Assembly (NCBI GenBank): GCA_964016885.1
Contig: OZ024741.1
Span: 296,980,001 to 297,044,000, forward strand
DNA: 64,000 nt
Direction of reading: 5' to 3'
Source of the DNA: Eledone cirrhosa
Lineage: Eukaryota
The stretch's first letter is position 1. Each line of letters opens with the position of its first letter. The notes under the pieces were generated by a model. That model was not told the origin of the DNA. It was given only the letters and a program-made list of their open reading frames with translations, and made no database searches. Below, piece after piece: positions 1 to 14,590 of the stretch. The position numbers were made by a program, and so were the translations under genes.

Positions 1-12
1 TCGCAAAACTAA

Positions 13-191
<179 letters not shown>

Positions 192-307
192 TTAGAAATT
201 ATAAGCTTTCACCGTATTTTAGACTAAAGAAATTTCTAGCCTGATAGTGGGGGTTTATAACCCTCGGAGAAATGGAAAAAGATTAGTGTTGCCGTACATG
301 TTTATAT

Positions 308-1822
308 TTATAATTTGCTAGCTAATGGTGTGGCCACCTCCATATTATATGGTGGATTATACCAACAAATGCGACGGGATCTATTTCTTCTAGGTCTATT
401 TTCGTACTCTGTATATGCTACCTTATCGACAAATCCACTTCGAGCAAGAGCTTCATTGTAATAAGTGGAATGGTCGTTGAAAATACGCTCGTTGGTGGAA
501 AGACGGGAAAGCCTCAATGAAATGTTTCTTACCAGGTTCTTGGTTATGCTGGCAGGATGGTTGGAATGCTTACTTATGTAATTAAGCGTATCATTCGGCT
601 TTCTATACGGGTAATACAACCCATTCAATAAATTGAGGGTAACGTCGAGGTAATTAACGACCGAGAGATTGGCCTCAACCTGTATAGAGAGGTTGAAGCC
701 TTTAAAGAAGGCTGTGAGTTCTTTTCTGAACCTGTCGCAAGCACGAGGTCCGCACTTAGTCATGGTCAAGAGACCATCGTCACGGTACAAACCACCGCCC
801 GCGTTGGGGAATTCGTCCTTGATAGAGGAAAGAAGGAAAAGGCCGATAAGATCAGTAACCTCCGCAGAATCACTGGCGCCCATACTCACGTCGAATGGGG
901 TACTATTGGATTTTTTAATCCAAATAGAGTCGTCGAAATTAATCACCGACTTTCGGGCATTGAGGATGACATCAACTTCGAAATCCTTAACCACTGTGAG
1001 TGTTTTAGCGAAATTGATAGCTCTAAGGAGAAGTGGTAAAGTGATGGAGGAGTAGTAATTGTTGATGTCGAATTGGATAAAACGGCAATGTTCCTTGTTA
1101 CATATGCCGTTGAACCAATCAATCACCGCGAAAGAATTGTTCCACAGTGCAAGAGGGGCCAAACTTCTAATTTCAGGTATAATTCTATCAAGAATCGTTT
1201 TACTAAGTCTACCTAAATCGGACTTCGTAGGGTTAATAAGCCGAATAGAGGGGTTGTTCGGAAAATTGGATTTATGATCCTTCAGGGTAAAGTGGGGAGA
1301 AATAGGGTCCAGAGGTTCGGTCCGGTCCAGGATGTTGAGATCAGATGTGATTTTAAACCCAGCATCGTTGATTTCATTGATGACGCACCGATTAGTTTTA
1401 CGGTAATCCTTAGTTACAGCATTATGTAGTAGTTTATGGTAAGTACTGCGCTCCACTTGATATAGGTTGCCAGTTTTGTCGGAATGGACGTGCACGGCAT
1501 TAGAATCCTTAATAGAACGAATTCTATTCTTCAGGTCTTGCTTGAAGGAATTGCTCCTATTCCGAAATTTGATACTCCGAATGAGTTCCAAGACATCATT
1601 TTCGAAGGGTAGCAATGCTGGGTTACACGGGGGGTTATTATAGGTTTTAAATCCAAATTTATCCTGTTTGTTGTCTGCTTTTCGCGGATTATCGAAATAA
1701 AAGGCACGCCAACGCAACCTTTTAATGAACGCGTCTGTTTTCTGTATCAGGAGTTTTAGATATGTTTTCCTGCTTGGTACGGGTATGTTCTTTGTAGAAA
1801 TATTCAGATGTTGTTTCTGCAT
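308..1822 (-). CDS. Penelope-like element (Naiad-type) ORF, N-terminus plus RT, 3'-truncated near 320
   Basis: KNIP N-terminal motif, DKT, FDINNYY, MGAS, YRDDG, NYLDV RT motifs. Homology to 2963..4039 stops after VATPLA. Confidence 0.93.
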   Translation of the reverse strand: MQKQHLNISTKNIPVPSRKTYLKLLIQKTDAFIKRLRWRAFYFDNPRKADNKQDKFGFKTYNNPPCNPALLPFENDVLELIRSIKFRNRSNSFKQDLKNRIRSIKDSNAVHVHSDKTGNLYQVERSTYHKLLHNAVTKDYRKTNRCVINEINDAGFKITSDLNILDRTEPLDPISPHFTLKDHKSNFPNNPSIRLINPTKSDLGRLSKTILDRIIPEIRSLAPLALWNNSFAVIDWFNGICNKEHCRFIQFDINNYYSSITLPLLLRAINFAKTLTVVKDFEVDVILNARKSVINFDDSIWIKKSNSTPFDVSMGASDSAEVTDLIGLFLLSSIKDEFPNAGGGLYRDDGLLTMTKCGPRACDRFRKELTAFFKGFNLSIQVEANLSVVNYLDVTLNLLNGLYYPYRKPNDTLNYISKHSNHPASITKNLVRNISLRLSRLSTNERIFNDHSTYYNEALARSGFVDKVAYTEYENRPRRNRSRRICWYNPPYNMEVATPLASKL

Positions 1823-1976
1823 GATGAATGTAAGTCAGTAGAGTACTCAACCGAGGGAGCCAAATAGTAATAATAATAAATTTGAAGACTAAAATCCAAA
1901 GAGGGCTCGATAAGGATAAATATATATCAAATATATAAGAACCGTAGAGCAAATATTTATTAAAATAACAGATTAA

Positions 1977-2027
1977 AGTTTAAGCAAAGAATCGCTGCGT
2001 TCACCCTTAACGGGATCTTCTGAAACT
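1977..2027 (-). ncRNA. Variant type I hammerhead ribozyme in the Naiad UTR/pLTR
   Basis: agttt-CAGAAGA-tccc gttaa gggt-GAAC-gca...tgc-TT-aaact. Core deviates at U4A and A15.1C. Confidence 0.55.
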
Positions 2028-2962
2028 AACAAAGTCAATCTGTAAACGCAGAACTGGATATTTCAAAAAACGTTGCAACCGGAGGAAGACAGGAAGACGA
2101 TACTTTGGTTCGTGGTATCGTTCGCTGGCAAAGAACGGGAAAAAACGAATATAATACGTCATTAATAGGAGCGGTGAAAAACAATTACGCGCAAAGACAG
2201 AACCACGTTTATGGTATAAAAGAGGTCGTAGACTAATGTTCTCTTAGGTGGTGCATAGAGACGTTCTCTGGCAATGAACGATAAAAACGAAGATAATACG
2301 TCATATGTGGATCGTGGAGAACAACAGCACGCAAAGACAAAACCACGTAAATGGTATAGCAGAAGTCGTAGACTAAAATTCTAACTAGGAGACCGAATGA
2401 ATCTCCGCTACAGAGTTAAGAACAAAGTAAATAAATAAAATACAGAAGTAATAGAAATAAATAAATACATTCACGCAAACAAATACGTACATACACAAGC
2501 ATACGCAGAACATTTACCATCGGTATACAAAACCACGCACATATAAATATGTGTGTGTGTGTATGCGTGTATACAAATAAATAAATAATTATATAAACGT
2601 ATATAAATAAATAAATACGTATATAACAAGCGCACACACATACCTACATGTAAATACACGAATGTTCGGAGATGTAAGTCAACCAAAACATGAAGTACAC
2701 ATATACACACACCCTACATACGTACGAACCATCATACTCACACAGACGCAAAACTCCCGTATACACATAGCCAAACCATATGTACCAGAATATATAAAAT
2801 TATACGCCATAACATAAACAATCAAATATACGTACGAGAAGGTATAGGTACCTTCACAAACCATACGGGTAAAATATACTTACCTATGCAAATAAGTAAT
2901 GGTATAAACAAAACATACTTAGCTCCCACATCAAGACGTAAAATATCCACGTATAAATCGTA

Positions 2963-4039
2963 CTATCCGTTAGGGTATAACGTGGGGCTGTAATACAGGA
3001 AAGTTTTGTGCAATTTATGTTTACAAGCCGAAATTGCCTCAGATTTTTTGTTTAAGATGTGGTCTGTGGCGTAGAGTATTTCCAGAGTCTCAGCGGCGCA
3101 GAGGTCACATGGTATTTTATTTCCATTATACGATCTAGCCCTAGCTAGGATCTCCCAGTGTAACTTATATTGGGTATGGTTGTCTTTTAGACTCCAGATA
3201 TAAGCTGAAAGTGATGTCATATTCCTTCTTAGAGGGTAACGAAAAGAATGGGTATGCATGTAAAGACGCTGCTTGAATCTATTAGCGGTTAACCCTATGT
3301 AGGCCCTACGGGACGTGGGTGTTACAACCTTACATTTGTAGACAATGTTACTAGAGAGGCATTTCCCGGATAGGGGGCAATCAACCCGATTCCTACAATT
3401 ACAGTTAGTACTAACTACAGGGTTGCACGTGTTCCTACGGCCAGGTAGTTTAGCTAAATTTGAAGCTGTGATGTTATGTGCAAGGTTAGGAGTCGTAGAG
3501 TAAGAAATTTTAATAGTATTTCTATTAAAAATTTTACTATACTTATGTGTAGGGGGAAAATGCTTCGTAATAAGGGAAAGAAAGATCTTAGCTAATGGTG
3601 TGGCCACCTCCATATTATATGGTGGATTATACCAACAAATGCGACGGGATCTATTTCTTCTAGGTCTATTTTCGTACTCTGTATATGCTACCTTATCGAC
3701 AAATCCACTTCGAGCAAGAGCTTCATTGTAATAAGTGGAATGGTCGTTGAAAATAAGCTCGTTGGTGGAAAGACGGGAAAGCCTCAACGAAACGTTTCTT
3801 ACCAGGTTCTTGGTTATGCTGGCAGGATGGTTGGAATGCTTACTTATGTAATTAAGCGTATCATTCGGCTTTCTATACGGGTAATACAACCCATTCAATA
3901 AATTGAGGGTAACGTCGAGGTAATTAACGACCGATAGATTGGCCTCAACCTGTATAGAGAGGTTGAAGCCTTTAAAGAAGGCTGTGAGTTCTTTTCTGAA
4001 CCTGTCGCAAGCACGAGGTCCGCACTTAGTCATGGTCAA
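2963..4039 (-). CDS. Same PLE, 5'-truncated: RT thumb, CxC-x5-C zinc finger and GIY-YIG endonuclease
   Basis: NCNCRNRVDCPL, NIVY...AYIG, CDLC..E, ILN, CKH. First 150 aa nearly identical to the end of ORF 308..1822. Confidence 0.93.
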   Translation of the reverse strand: MTMTKCGPRACDRFRKELTAFFKGFNLSIQVEANLSVVNYLDVTLNLLNGLYYPYRKPNDTLNYISKHSNHPASITKNLVRNVSLRLSRLSTNELIFNDHSTYYNEALARSGFVDKVAYTEYENRPRRNRSRRICWYNPPYNMEVATPLAKIFLSLITKHFPPTHKYSKIFNRNTIKISYSTTPNLAHNITASNLAKLPGRRNTCNPVVSTNCNCRNRVDCPLSGKCLSSNIVYKCKVVTPTSRRAYIGLTANRFKQRLYMHTHSFRYPLRRNMTSLSAYIWSLKDNHTQYKLHWEILARARSYNGNKIPCDLCAAETLEILYATDHILNKKSEAISACKHKLHKTFLYYSPTLYPNG

Positions 4040-4961
4040 AAGACCTTCGTTGACAAGCCTTCCAGTGCCCCCTTAGCGCCCCTCAAGGCTTCAAACGCCC
4101 CCTAACGTTCTCTTGCTCCAAGACGCCCCCCCCCCTCCCCCCTGACCTCCGAAAGCCCCGTTGAGAACCTTTTCCTTAAAAGCATGAAATATTCTTTTTT
4201 TTTTTTTTTCAATTTTGCATTTACTTTGTTTCATTTGTGTTAATGTTTACATAGTTGAACTACTTGCTTCTTTTTTCAGCATTTTGGGACTTGTGTTACC
4301 TTTTCAAATATTTTCTCATTCTTATACATGTTGTTTTCTTTGGTTTCCATTTTTTTTCCGACTTGTCGTCTAGAGGATGATAATGTAGTAAGCAAAGGCA
4401 CTAGTTGCCGCGGCAGAGCAATTAGGTTGCGCTTGGTAAATCGCCGGTCCTCTGGGTCGTGGGCGTAGAAATACCCAAAACAACTTCCGCCCAACTAAAC
4501 AATTCGTGCCTTTCTTTTACTTATAAAAGAGTTGCAGCTTCGACACCAACCCAGCAGGACGTATCTAAATCCCTTCCTTAGAGCAACTCACAAGATGAAA
4601 TATTTACCAAAGGAGTTCAGCCCTATCAGCAAGGGCACAGCAACCTCTTATGTAAAGATATACCACAACTACGTCTAGTATTTTTTCTGTAATGTTTTAA
4701 GAAGAAATAAATCCTTTGTTAAATATCCTCGCGGTTCTTTCCTCTCACATGGACTACCGACCTTACGCACACAGCCTGAACAAAACATCTCTCTTTAACT
4801 GCTAAAGACTCAGATGGTACACGTGGTGTCATATTTTCTTACAGGCATAGTTGTTTCCAGGCACTGTTCGACCTGGAATCAGTGGTTGTACATTCTACTA
4901 AGTTTAAAGCTTAGTGTATTCATTCATGCATACAAACATACATATATAGACACACACAAAA

Positions 4962-5041
<80 letters not shown>

Positions 5042-5046
<5 letters not shown>

Positions 5047-5481
5047 AAAGTACTGCCAACCACAACAACGAAACCCACAGTAAAAAAATGCTATAGACCC
5101 AACTGTGGCATATGCATTAACCTAATAGAGGGTTCGGAATTCTATTTCAAAGAAGGACAACGTTTTATAGTAAAACACAATTTCACATGCGTTTCACAAA
5201 ATCTAATATATGTATTAACTTGCTCAGGTTGTCGAGAACAATACATTGGCCAGACTAAAAACAGCCTCCGCATGACTGTCCATAGATTCCAAATTAAAAT
5301 ACGGGAATACAGGAAAATACCACTGAGTGAACACATTGTTACCTGTGCCGCCCAAAATCATCACAACTTCAGAATCTTTCCCCTCTACAAATTTAAAGAT
5401 AATGCCACCCACACCCAGCGCATCAGCAAGGAATCTCACTTTATTAACAAATACGGACCCCGTCTAAACACTTCTCCCTAA
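5042..5481 (+). mobile_element. Degenerate PLE GIY-YIG endonuclease 3' fragment
   Basis: Frameshifted NLIYVLTCSGCREQYIGQT...H...E..FI...PRLN; begins at a (TA)n tract. Confidence 0.8.
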
Positions 5482-6700
5482 GACGAACCCACAACATACA
5501 CACGTCAACATACATACCTACATCAGCAAACATCCTACATACATCTCTATCCACATATTAACACAATGACATACGTAAACACACATGTTCTATGGTGCAA
5601 CACAAATATACACAAATTTGCATACCTTTTGATGTCTATAGATATAAACGTGCCGACACACACACATACATATACGCACACATGCATTGCACACTGATGG
5701 GCACATACATATTTGTACACAAGTATTCCAATACGGCAGGGCCTAATGTATTCCCCTTGCAGTACGTACAATCTGGACACTCACACACACCTTGGTATTA
5801 TGCCAATACTATATATCATTTCACACCTTTTATTATTAAGGTTTTTGATGTTCTATTGAGAGAATCGTTTTTACTGAAAATATCGAATAATGTACACCAT
5901 TTTACCAGTATCACAAAAATAAATACTGGTCCACCCACACACACACACATACACACACACACACACACATATATACACACACACATACACTAACATACAA
6001 AGAGACATATACACACACACACATACACACACACACTTCTCTGTATAAGACAAGAGCTGAAAAATATCTTTTAACATGTTAAAATATCCCCACACACGTA
6101 CAGACACATTCCTACTGACCGATCCCTCTACCACAAATTACTCTGCTACACACACACACACACACACACACATACTTGTATTAATAGGCACCTGAACTGT
6201 TGACCTGTCAACATGACTGCAATTCACACACACATCCCTACTGACCATTATCACAACAATGAACCTCTTTACTACTACTACACACACACACATATTTGTC
6301 TTAAAAGACTTATTTTTCAGTGACTTCTCAATCAGCCGAAACAAACCTACATTTGGCGCAAAATCAATTTTTTAACATTCACATGACCTCTACCGACCAA
6401 TCAAAATTGTTTTGACCACAAGAATTTTTGCAACACGAATTGGCGCGAAACTTATTTTAATACATCTGGAGCCACTTTTTTCACATAAAACAGGTAGAAT
6501 TTCCAAAACTAATCAGATTAGAGCAAACATCACGGACGCTCTATCTCAAAATTATTTTTGAAAAGCATTAGAAATGCGCAACCGGTAAAAACTTAAAACC
6601 AAAACTGAATACTAACCAATACTTATTACTAATTTTTACTTATTCCTAATTAAACTATTTTTCACTGGGAACAATTTGTCAGCATTTTCTTTTTCTTTTA

Positions 6701-6757
<57 letters not shown>

Positions 6758-6802
6758 GTGAGGTTTTTTTTACAAAATGAAAAATAACCGAGGTGTCCTA
6801 CA

Positions 6803-6962
<160 letters not shown>

Positions 6963-7158
6963 CTTTTTCCTTTTTTCTTCTCTCTTTCTTTTCTTTCTCT
7001 CCCTCATGGCCTTTTGATAGATAAAAGGCTATGGGCGCGCTACGGATAACTGTAGAGTTAATAATGCGCCGAAACATCCGTGATCCGTAGTTAACTACTG
7101 ACGAAGGGAGACTGTCCACCTCTTGTTTATATATATACACATACATATATATATATAT

Positions 7159-7262
<104 letters not shown>

Positions 7263-7572
7263 AATGAGTGTGAAAGATCAAAGGTCATTATTGAAAGACT
7301 TACGGGGTCGATAAAATAAAGTACCAGTAATGTACTGGGTAATTGCTGGCCTTGTGCCTAAAGTAGAAACAATTATTGAAAGACAGAATTTCGCAAAATA
7401 CTTAATATTTTTTATTGGAGAAGATAACATATTTTTCCGCACTGTTTTGTTTCCACTTACGTATTTTTTGAAAATGTTATCTATTCATTATAAAAATTAA
7501 ATCATAGCATTCTATATGTAGGTGGGCCCCCTTCATCTCCTGGCAACCAATATTTTTAGAACCAGTCCGCCA

Positions 7573-8520
<948 letters not shown>

Positions 8521-9522
8521 TGTTGGCTTCTTGCTCACAATAATTTCTATATTTTCATATATATATATATATATCCCTCTCACTTTCCCTCACCCTCTCT
8601 CTGCTAACCACCTCATAGTTTCCTTCACCTGTCTCTCTAGCAGTCCTTTTTTCACTTACATCTGCAGAGGTCAGTCTTGTCTTTTTTTCTCGTCCGCACA
8701 ATCTAGAACTTATGTTCAGTAATTGTCGTGGACTTTGATTTTCTCTCTTCGAGTTGCTCACACACTCTTCGATTTGTTGTTTCCCGTTTTTTTTCGCTGT
8801 TTTTCTCTTTTCTCTTTTCTCTTTTCTCTTTTCTCTTTTCTCTTTTCTCTTTTCTGCCCTTTTCCCTTGTTATTTCTTTCTCTCCCTCCTTTGTTTTCCC
8901 AATAACTTGCCTTAGTTATTGAACGCACTGGGGCGAGATATCTTGTCTTTAATGCGTAGAAATATCCGAGACCCCCAGCAGACAACTGATGAAGGAAAAT
9001 TTTCTCCCGTTCATGCTTTCTTCTTATTTTTAAGTATACCTTATCTAGCAACTACACAGCCACCTCTCTTCTTCATCACCCCCTCTGCCAGTCACTCTCT
9101 CTCAGCTGGCCTCTTCCTCACACTTTCACTCACTCACTCTCTGCTATTCCCCGTCTCTCACTTCCTCCCGTCAGACCTGTGTGAAATCCTTTTCTCGCTT
9201 ACATCTCACACGGCTCGGACGCGTTTGTGTCTCTCCTCGCCCATGATTCATCGAACTTAAGTTCATAGATATCACGGACTTGTTTCCCCTCTTCCTCTCT
9301 TTCCGTTGCATTACCATATCTGTTTGTTAACATGTCTCGCTCGCTTCACCCTATTCTACGTGTCCCAATAACTTTTTTTAGTTATTGCTCGCACCAACCA
9401 GAGGTATATGATCTTTAATGCGAAGAAATACCAATGACGGCTGGAAGATCAGTGATGACGTCTTCTCGCTCTAATTTTATTCATATGTATCCCATTTGCA
9501 ACAACGCAGCACGCCATTTTTC

Positions 9523-9579
<57 letters not shown>

Positions 9580-9589
9580 TAGTATGATT

Positions 9590-10037
9590 GGTGCTCTGAA
9601 ATAGCGATGTATATATGAATGTATGTATAGTATATTTGGCAATATACCGTATGTTTAATTAAAAACATTTAGAAGACCATACGCTATCACTTTTAAAGTA
9701 GTGACTATGTCACTTCTTTTCGGCGAAAGAAGGGAGAGAAGCTGACAGTGTCAGCTTCTCTCCCTTCTTCTTGACCGGCAATCACTCTGTATAATCAGCT
9801 CCTGATTATTGCTGGAATTCTATAAGAATCCAGCTTCTATGATTTTCGGCGAAAGTAGAGGAGTACGTGGCTCTGATGAACGCCAACCAGCGTGAAACAG
9901 ACTGTCAGCTTCTCTCCCTTCTTTCGCCGAAAATAAGTAAGTGACGTAGTCACTACTTTAAAATTGATAGCGTATGGTCTTCTAAATGTTTTTAATTAAA
10001 CATACGGTATATTGCCAAATATACTATACATACATTC

Positions 10038-10045
<8 letters not shown>
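9590..10045. mobile_element. Retrozyme/pLTR-like element with inverted duplication, related to the 312-bp array unit
   Basis: About 9617-9749 is inverted relative to about 9903-10037. Shares tgctctgaaatagcgat and aaacatttagaagacc-like motifs with the array unit. Confidence 0.75.
9869..9910 (+). ncRNA. Type I hammerhead ribozyme
   Basis: ggct-CTGATGA-acgc caacca gcgt-GAAA-cagactg-TC-agct, on an extended ttttcggcgaaag/ctttcgccgaaaa stem. Confidence 0.9.
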
Positions 10046-10069
<24 letters not shown>

Positions 10070-10525
10070 ACAGAGATTTCGTATTTCTAAAGAAACACGG
10101 TATGTTTAGAGGAAACATTTAGGAAGCCGTAGCTATGCAAACACCGGGACTAACGCCTTCTGGTGGTGTCCAGCAGAAGCAAGGGGGACAACCGTCTATG
10201 CATTTCAGGCTTGACTGGCCTTCATCAGGACGGTCCCTCTCACCGCTTGCAACTGCTGGACTTGAGAACAGTCAAGAATATATAGTTTTCTCGTCTGTCC
10301 AAATGAGGTGATTAATCTCATTTGCATATGAAGCTGCATAAGTTGGCTCAACTTATAATAGAATGGAAATAGGATTTCACTTCAGGCATAGCTTTATACA
10401 GATTGTGTGCTAGCATAGCTACGGCTTCCTAAATGTTTCCTGTAAACATACCATGTTTCTTTAGAAATACGAAATCTCTATACATATCTGTATAAAGCTA
10501 TGCCTGAAGCGAAATCCTATTTCTA
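10070..10525. mobile_element. Another retrozyme-like family with inverted ends, between (TG)n tracts
   Basis: About 10072-10138 is inverted relative to about 10413-10479; internal hammerhead. Confidence 0.7.
10191..10234 (-). ncRNA. Type I hammerhead ribozyme
   Basis: accgtc-CTGATGA-aggc cagtcaa gcct-GAAA-tgca-TA-gacggt; perfect 6-bp stem I. Confidence 0.92.
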
Positions 10526-10526
10526 T

Positions 10527-10984
<458 letters not shown>

Positions 10985-10985
<1 letters not shown>

Positions 10986-13392
10986 ACAGAATTGGTGCCT
11001 GTGAGTATGGTGAGGTTAGAAATGAAAGGACAGGTGTTACAGGGAGGATGAGAATAAGGATGAGAGGAATTCTAGGAGAGGGGGGGGGAGGAACTATATA
11101 TTAGGAGATTGCGGAGATTACGGGTGCATTTAAACGTGGTGATGGGTGGGTTTGGAAAAAAGCGAGTAGTGATGTGGTCGCAAAAGAGGGTGTGGAAGCA
11201 AAGAAGAATATATTGCCGGAGAGGTAGGATGATGGGGTGGTAAGTGAGAGGGGGTGGAGGGCGGATGTTGGGGGGTGTTGGGAGGGGGTGACAGTCAGTT
11301 TCACAGGCGCGAGTGACAGGTCCAGTGTACTGGGAGAAGATCTGGGCTTTGATGTAGCCAACAAGTTGGCATAGTTCAGACTCATTCTGGTTCCTATGGC
11401 TACCCCAGAGACCTGCTGGTAAAATTCTTCGGAAAAGAAAGTCCATTGAAGGACAGAACAAACTCAACAAAACGGTGAGGAATGGTAGTGCTGGGGTAAG
11501 AGGTAGGATGTCGGTCCAAAAAGTGTTGGAGAGTGCAGAGGCCATCATCGTGAGGGATGGCGGTATAGAGAGAAGTGATGTCCAGGGTGAAAAGAAGGCG
11601 AGAGAGGCCAGGAAAGAAGAAGAAAGAGTTGAAAAATCTAAGGGCATGATTGATGTCGTGAATGTGAGAGGGGGAGCTCGGTGACTTGGAGAGTGAAGAG
11701 GGTATTGAGGTATTGAGACGATTTTGATGAAGCGATTACAGGCAGAAACGATAGGACAGCCGGGATTATTAGGTTTATCTATTTGGGGGAGGAAGTAGAT
11801 GGTGGGTGTGCATACTATAAGGTTGGTGGCTGTAGGGGGGAAGTAAAGAGGAGATGAGCTGGTGAATGGTAGAGGACACAAGCTGTTGGTAGCCAGGGGT
11901 GGAGTCGAAGTGTAAAGGGCGGTAGAAATGGATGTCATAAAATTGGCAGAGGGCCTCAGTCTTGTAGAGGTCTACGCTCCATACCACCTTTGTTGGTGGG
12001 TTTGGTGACAATGCCATCGCGACGCCGTAGGCTGCGACGAGCAGAGCTCGGCCCGAGTGAAGTTAGTGCGACAAGAACGCTTGTGGAAACTGAAGAAGTT
12101 CACAGTGCGTCAGCAAATGTCCACAAAGTAGTCGAGGGTGCTGAACTGGCCTGAGCTCGGCATCCAGTGTGATTGCTGGCGACTGAGACTAGTAAAGTCG
12201 TCCGTCTGTGTCAATGATGGGTGTGATTGAAAAAGGCTTTAGTCGGCAGAAGAACCCTTCAATCTCAGCATGTGTGCGGAACTCGTCACAGGTGGATATG
12301 GTAGGTAGGAAACGCAAACCCCTGGTGAGGAGGGAGTGCTCAGCTTCGGAGAGTGATAGGTCTTGGGGTATGGTGACAACAGTGGAGGTACTTGAGGGAA
12401 TAAAAGTGGAAAGGCTGGGGGCTGTGGTGGATAGGCAAGGTGTGTGAAGAGTCTGTGGTGGGGAGAGGAGATCACAGGTGATGAGATAGTAGGGTTAGGG
12501 ATGGAGGTGAAATGAATTTGTGTGGTGACAGCAGGCAGGGAGCGGAGTGAGTGAAGTTTATGGTTTTCTATGGAAGTGAGGAAATTGAAGAAGAGGTGAC
12601 TGAGGTGAAGGATGAATTGGATGAAGGATTGGGCAAGGAGGTAAGTGGAGGAGAGATGGAGGCGGGCCTTGGGGGCATCTCGGTTGAGAAAACGGACTTG
12701 AGAGAGAGTGGAATGGATAGTCACCGCATGAGATGGCGAGAGGAGCGGGTAAAGATGGACTCAGTGGTGGGAGGGGAGTAAGAGGTGGGGTGGAACTTGA
12801 GGCGGAAACCTCGAGGATGAGGTGGTGGTGGAACAGCAACTTAAAAAAGTGATGTGACTATCATAGCATGTTTTGGTGAAGATGAAGCTGGAGAGATGCA
12901 GGGAGGATTGGATGCAAAGAGGAGGAGGGGGGGCATTTGAGGGTGGAATGGAGCTGGCGGAGGGAGGATTTGAGATTGGGCATGATGGAGGGCTGAGTGT
13001 GGGGAGAGGGTGTAGAAGTGACAGGGGAGACTAGCGGTGCGGTGGAGAAAAGGACGTGAGGTGGTGGAAAGAAGAGGCGAAAACACATGGGTGGAGGGTT
13101 AAGTAGGAAAGGGGGAAACAAGAGAGAGAACTGAAATAGACTGGTGGGATGGACAAGGTGGAAGTAAGAAGAGGATAGTGGAGGAAAATGCAATAAACAA
13201 AGAAAATAATTCACTTATCCGAAAAGATATCCAGGTGTAAGTTCAGATGAAGTCTGGGTGTAAATCCAATGAATTTGAGAGGTCCACATAAGCGTTGATA
13301 TATATGTATGTAAAAGGTAAACAGGAATAACAAAAATATCAAAACAAGCGGCACAGTACATGGAAGGAATATATTAGTTTAACGCTTGAAAT
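10985..13392 (-). mobile_element. Degenerate Penelope-like retroelement (non-Naiad, Poseidon/Neptune-like)
   Basis: TPTIYFLPQIDKPNNPGCPIVSAC resembles PLE YxLPKIHKxxxPGRPIVS; many frameshifts; pLTR end at 13310-13392. Confidence 0.8.
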
Positions 13393-14200
13393 AGCAGGAA
13401 GAGGGTCTTAATGGGTGTTGGTGTTGTTGACATTGTTGGTGACAGCTTTTTCTGTGTTGGACTTAGTGGTACTGGTGTTGCTGCTTCGTTTAGACTCTCT
13501 GCTGCTACTAGTGTTGATGTTATTATATTTGGTCTTCTAGTAGTTGTTGTTGCTGTGGTTTTTAGTGTTGGTAGGAGCAGAAGTTTCTTTATATTTGTTT
13601 TTAGGGAAGGGCAGAGTGTTCTCATGTGTTTTGTGGCGAGGCAGATATGACATCTAGCTTTTCGCTCTTCGACTTTTATGGGTAATATTATACTGCCTGA
13701 AAGGTGTAGTTGTTCAGGGATGGCATCTACGTTGTTTTGTGTGGCTTGCTGTAAAATTTGCTTATTTGGTAAACAACAAGGATTTTTGCGTTCTCCTTAA
13801 TGATTACCATTACGGCGGCTAATAGCCAAGAAATGTCTATTTCCAGTGGTATTTGATTTAATTTAATTCTTATTAATCTCATTCCACAGTAGAATGGGAT
13901 TAACAGAATTTCCTCACGCTGTATGGGCTTGAGGAAGTGAGATTTTGCCTCTTCTTCGGTGTTAAATATCATCTCCACCATGCTGAAGCCTCTGCCTCTT
14001 TAAATATAAACTTTTGGGGTCCAGGCTGGCACCAAAGCCTTTTGAATCTGAGCTTATGTAGCTCTTTCAATTTTTTTACTTTTTAATCCAATAATATGGT
14101 ATGTCACAGTTTGACGTATCGCATTTTTTGTCGTTTCCAAAGGAGTCTTGAGACTGACGATATGGCCATTGCTTTCAACAAGACCCCTTGCTTTTTCTAT
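13393..14200 (-). mobile_element. Non-LTR retrotransposon ORF1 (gag-like) remnant
   Basis: CCHC knuckle CHICLATKHMRTLC (CX2CX4HX4C) near 13610-13655; disrupted frame. Confidence 0.6.
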
Positions 14201-14518
14201 TTCATCCCCAGAAAAGTTTAGCTTTTAGCGATCCGCTGGGATCGTTGTTACTTTTAGTGTTGTTGTTGTTGTTTTCTTTGATACTGTTGCTACTGTTATT
14301 GTCGCCGTCGTCGGCGGGTTCGACGACGACAACGACAACAACCACAACAACAACAACATTAAAATGATAATATTTTTTTAGTTGCCGCAAGAGTCCAAGA
14401 TGTTGGCAACATTTCAAAGATAGAATCCTTAATGGAAGAGTAGCCAACAAGAAACAGCGTTGGATTTACATATAGTAAAAACAATAAAATCTCAACCATC
14501 ATCATAAAGACACAATAG

Positions 14519-14563
<45 letters not shown>

Positions 14564-14590
14564 CAGAGATACAGAGAGAGGGAAAGAGAG

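Larger units (their letters stand above)
319..4050 (-). mobile_element. Circularly permuted / partial-tandem Naiad PLE (monomer 3270 bp, about 460 bp terminal redundancy)
   Basis: 319-780 matches 3589-4050 at offset 3270. Order on minus strand: C-terminal ORF part, UTR/pLTR, N-terminal ORF part. Confidence 0.88.

Noticed and set aside
235-290. Hammerhead-like CTGATAG...GAAA
   Set aside because: Core is wrong at positions 8-9; no convincing stem III, UH site or stem I.
8925-9010. GAAA...CTGATGA permuted hammerhead (related sequence near 9390-9470)
   Set aside because: Flanking helices and cleavage triplet do not form.
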